From the NCBI GenBank assembly GCA_043228905.1, contig JBHGNT010000015.1, positions 11,656,001 to 11,720,000 of the forward strand: a stretch of 64,000 bases of DNA, given 5' to 3'. The position numbers and the translations under genes were made by a program. The notes below the pieces were generated by a model. The model made no database searches. It was not told the origin of the DNA and was given only the letters and a program-made list of their open reading frames with translations. Each line of letters starts with the position of its first letter. Positions within the stretch are counted from its first letter, which is position 1. The DNA is from Azolla caroliniana (lineage: Eukaryota; Plantae; Polypodiophyta). Of the stretch, positions 61,674-64,000 are shown in pieces.

Positions 61674-63998
61674 TTAAAGACGACGAGTGGAACGAGTCGG
61701 CGCTAACTGCGGACCGGGTTTGTCCGGATACTTTCGGTGGAAATCAGCAAGAAGATCTTGTGCATTGGCAACATTCTCGACGGGTTCCCAAGTACGTTCG
61801 CTCGGACTATAACCGAGCCAATCGACCAAGTAATAAAGTTTGTTGCGAACAAGTTTGGAATCGAGGATGGCAGCAACTTCATACTCCGGGCCGGCGTCCA
61901 ACTCCAGCGGGGGCGGCGGTGGTGTCACACGATCGGGAATGGTGTTTGCTTTATAAGGTTCAAGAAGAGAACAATGGAAAACCGGATGTATCTGAAGTTG
62001 CGGAGGGAGATCCAGGCGGAAGGTGACATCATTAATCTTCCCCGTAATACGGAAAGGACCGAGTCGTCGATAATCCAACTTGTCGCACGGTCGAGTAGTC
62101 TTGATGTGACGACGTAAGAGCCATACTCGATCTCCGATGGCAAAAGAGGAGGGAATCCGATGACGATCCGCATAAGTCTTCTGTGTGTGTTGAGCATGAC
62201 GAAGGTGAGTAGAGAGATCCATCTGGATCTTGCGTAGCCTCTCCAAATGGTCCTCGGCACGAGGGTTGGTAGGTAGCTCCGGAGTGTCGATCACCGACCA
62301 GCGAGGATGGAAACCGGTATAAGCGAGAAATGGGGAGACCCGAGTCGAGGAGTGAATAGCATTATTATACGCAAACTCCGCAAAGTGGAGAATCTCGGCC
62401 CAATCGTCCTGTTGATAACTCAGGAAACACCGGAGATATTGCTCCAAGGTTTGGTTTGTTCGTTCCGCCTGTCCGTCAGTTTGAGGATGGTAGCCGGAGG
62501 AGAGGTTGCAGGAGACCTTGAGCATCCTGAAGAGATGCTGCCAAAATTTGGAGACAAATTGCGGGCCTCGGTCACTGACAATACTGTCTGGTAGGCCATG
62601 ATGCCGAAATACCTCACGCATAACAAGAGCGGCGGTTTCCTCGCTAGTGATGGCTTTAGTACATGGCACAAAATGTGCCATCTTCGTATATCGATCGACG
62701 ACGGTTAGGATAGCATCGAACCCCTTCGAGACCGGCAGATCTGTAATAAAATCAAGACAAATAGACTGCCATGGCTTACTTGGAATTGGTAAAGGTTCCA
62801 ACAAGCCATATGGATGGTGTCGTGGCATCTTTGCTCGGCAGCAAGCATCACAGGTCCGAACGTAGTCGTCGACAAAACGGCGCATGTGGGGCCACCAAAA
62901 AGATCGCTGCACTAACTCCAACGTCTTGGTACTACCGAAATGTCCCACCGTATGGGTGTCGTGACAATGTTGGACGATTTGAAGGCGACAGGAACAATCG
63001 GGGACATATACGCGCTTTTTAAAGAATAACAAACCATCATGATATTCGAATTGTCGGTAGTCAATACCTAGTTGTTGAGACTGAGAACAGGATGCCCGAG
63101 AAGTATCAATGTGCGCCAGGATGACTTGAGCAAAACTATCTGTCTTCAAGGTTGCACGTATGTCATCGGTAATCCGTGAATCCATCGGGGTGTGAAAAAT
63201 CCGCGTCGTGTGCAATCGTGTTGGTCCCAAGATTACTTGCTTTTGATTATCAAATGTTGCGTCACCAGGACGAGGTGCAAGATATGAACGCCGTGATAGT
63301 GCATCTGCTTTTCCTTGCTGCTTCCCCGGTCGATATGTGATTTCGAAGTTGAAACGCGTGAGGAATTGCGCCCACCGAGCTTGCCGTTGATTTAGTACGC
63401 GAGCGTTCTGAAAATAAGCAAGATTTTTATGATCGCTAAAGACAATGACCTGATGTGGAGAGCCCTCTAAGAAATGCCGCCATTGTACAAATGAATCCAC
63501 GATGGCTAATAACTCCTTGTCATGTATTTCGTAGTTGATTTCTGCGACATTGAATTTGCGCGAATGGAAAGCCACCGGATGCAACTCTTCTTTATCGCCT
63601 TGTTGAGAAAGGATGCTACCGAGGGCGAAATCTGATGCGTCGGCCTCCATGATGAATGGTTTGCTTGTATCCACATGAGCTAGAATCGGTGCTGATGTAA
63701 AGGCTTTCTTAAGATGCCGAAAAGCCATATCTGCTTCGATGGACCAAAGAAATGCTTGGCCCTTCTTCGTAAGTTGTGTGAGAGGTAAAATAATCTTCGA
63801 GTAATCCTGTATAAACTTACGGTAGAAGTTAGCAAAGCCTAGAAAACATTGTACATCTCGTACCGACCGTGGAATTTGCCACTCTAGTACAGTTTGGATT
63901 TTAGCTGAATCCATGGCGATGCCCTTTGAGGAGATGACGTAGCCTAGAAATTCCACTTGCTTGCAGTCAAAGCTACATTTCTCTAGCTTGGCATAAAG
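61674..63998 (-). CDS. pol: chromovirus E pol (RT end, RNase H, integrase, chromodomain), 5'-partial, uninterrupted
   Basis: EADASD, HHCC, LDFITDLP, SDRG, GQAER, LGPF, EYEVAAILDS..YLVDWLGY..TWEP. Confidence 0.95.
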   Translation of the reverse strand, partial: LYAKLEKCSFDCKQVEFLGYVISSKGIAMDSAKIQTVLEWQIPRSVRDVQCFLGFANFYRKFIQDYSKIILPLTQLTKKGQAFLWSIEADMAFRHLKKAFTSAPILAHVDTSKPFIMEADASDFALGSILSQQGDKEELHPVAFHSRKFNVAEINYEIHDKELLAIVDSFVQWRHFLEGSPHQVIVFSDHKNLAYFQNARVLNQRQARWAQFLTRFNFEITYRPGKQQGKADALSRRSYLAPRPGDATFDNQKQVILGPTRLHTTRIFHTPMDSRITDDIRATLKTDSFAQVILAHIDTSRASCSQSQQLGIDYRQFEYHDGLLFFKKRVYVPDCSCRLQIVQHCHDTHTVGHFGSTKTLELVQRSFWWPHMRRFVDDYVRTCDACCRAKMPRHHPYGLLEPLPIPSKPWQSICLDFITDLPVSKGFDAILTVVDRYTKMAHFVPCTKAITSEETAALVMREVFRHHGLPDSIVSDRGPQFVSKFWQHLFRMLKVSCNLSSGYHPQTDGQAERTNQTLEQYLRCFLSYQQDDWAEILHFAEFAYNNAIHSSTRVSPFLAYTGFHPRWSVIDTPELPTNPRAEDHLERLRKIQMDLSTHLRHAQHTQKTYADRHRIPSSFAIGDRVWLLRRHIKTTRPCDKLDYRRLGPFRITGKINDVTFRLDLPPQLQIHPVFHCSLLEPYKANTIPDRVTPPPPPLELDAGPEYEVAAILDSKLVRNKLYYLVDWLGYSPSERTWEPVENVANAQDLLADFHRKYPDKPGPQLAPTRSTRRL

Positions 63999-64000
63999 AC

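Larger units (their letters stand above)
61242..64000 (-). mobile_element. Ty3/gypsy chromovirus E (relative of D), 3' part; continues beyond the window
   Basis: 3' LTR 61242-61662, PPT 61663-61675, open pol frame. Confidence 0.95.

Overview
Eukaryotic, gene-free, heterochromatin-like window made almost entirely of nested transposable elements. The TE repertoire suggests a non-seed plant such as a moss; that is inference. Two nests resolve with target-site duplications (TSDs). Nest 1: Ty1/copia H (4487-32534, -) contains copia I (5558-29642, +), which contains Ty3/gypsy A (9400-18327, +) and a copia solo LTR (18902-28843), which in turn contains gypsy B (19245-28721, -). Nest 2: an L1 LINE fragment is interrupted by chromovirus D (43484-59899, +), which contains young copia F (44426-49826, -), gypsy C (51308-57115, -) and gypsy G (59900-), and G is interrupted by chromovirus E (61242-end, -). 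Between the nests lie an intron-containing hAT/DUF659 pseudogene, an orphan LTR, a TATG-rich low-complexity tract and a complete pogo-like DNA transposon (38019-40788). Most striking unexplained signals: (1) tRNA-type Pol III A-box/B-box pairs at 43-44 nt spacing, antisense in the U3 of three different LTR families (five LTR copies); (2) gypsy family A/B has no polypurine tract next to the 3' LTR, but a conserved hairpin ending in CCA, plus covarying U3 stem-loops, three Zn knuckles and a large extra 3' ORF; (3) chromovirus D has a Tf1-like self-priming PBS candidate. Coordinates and mismatch counts were read by eye and need computational confirmation.
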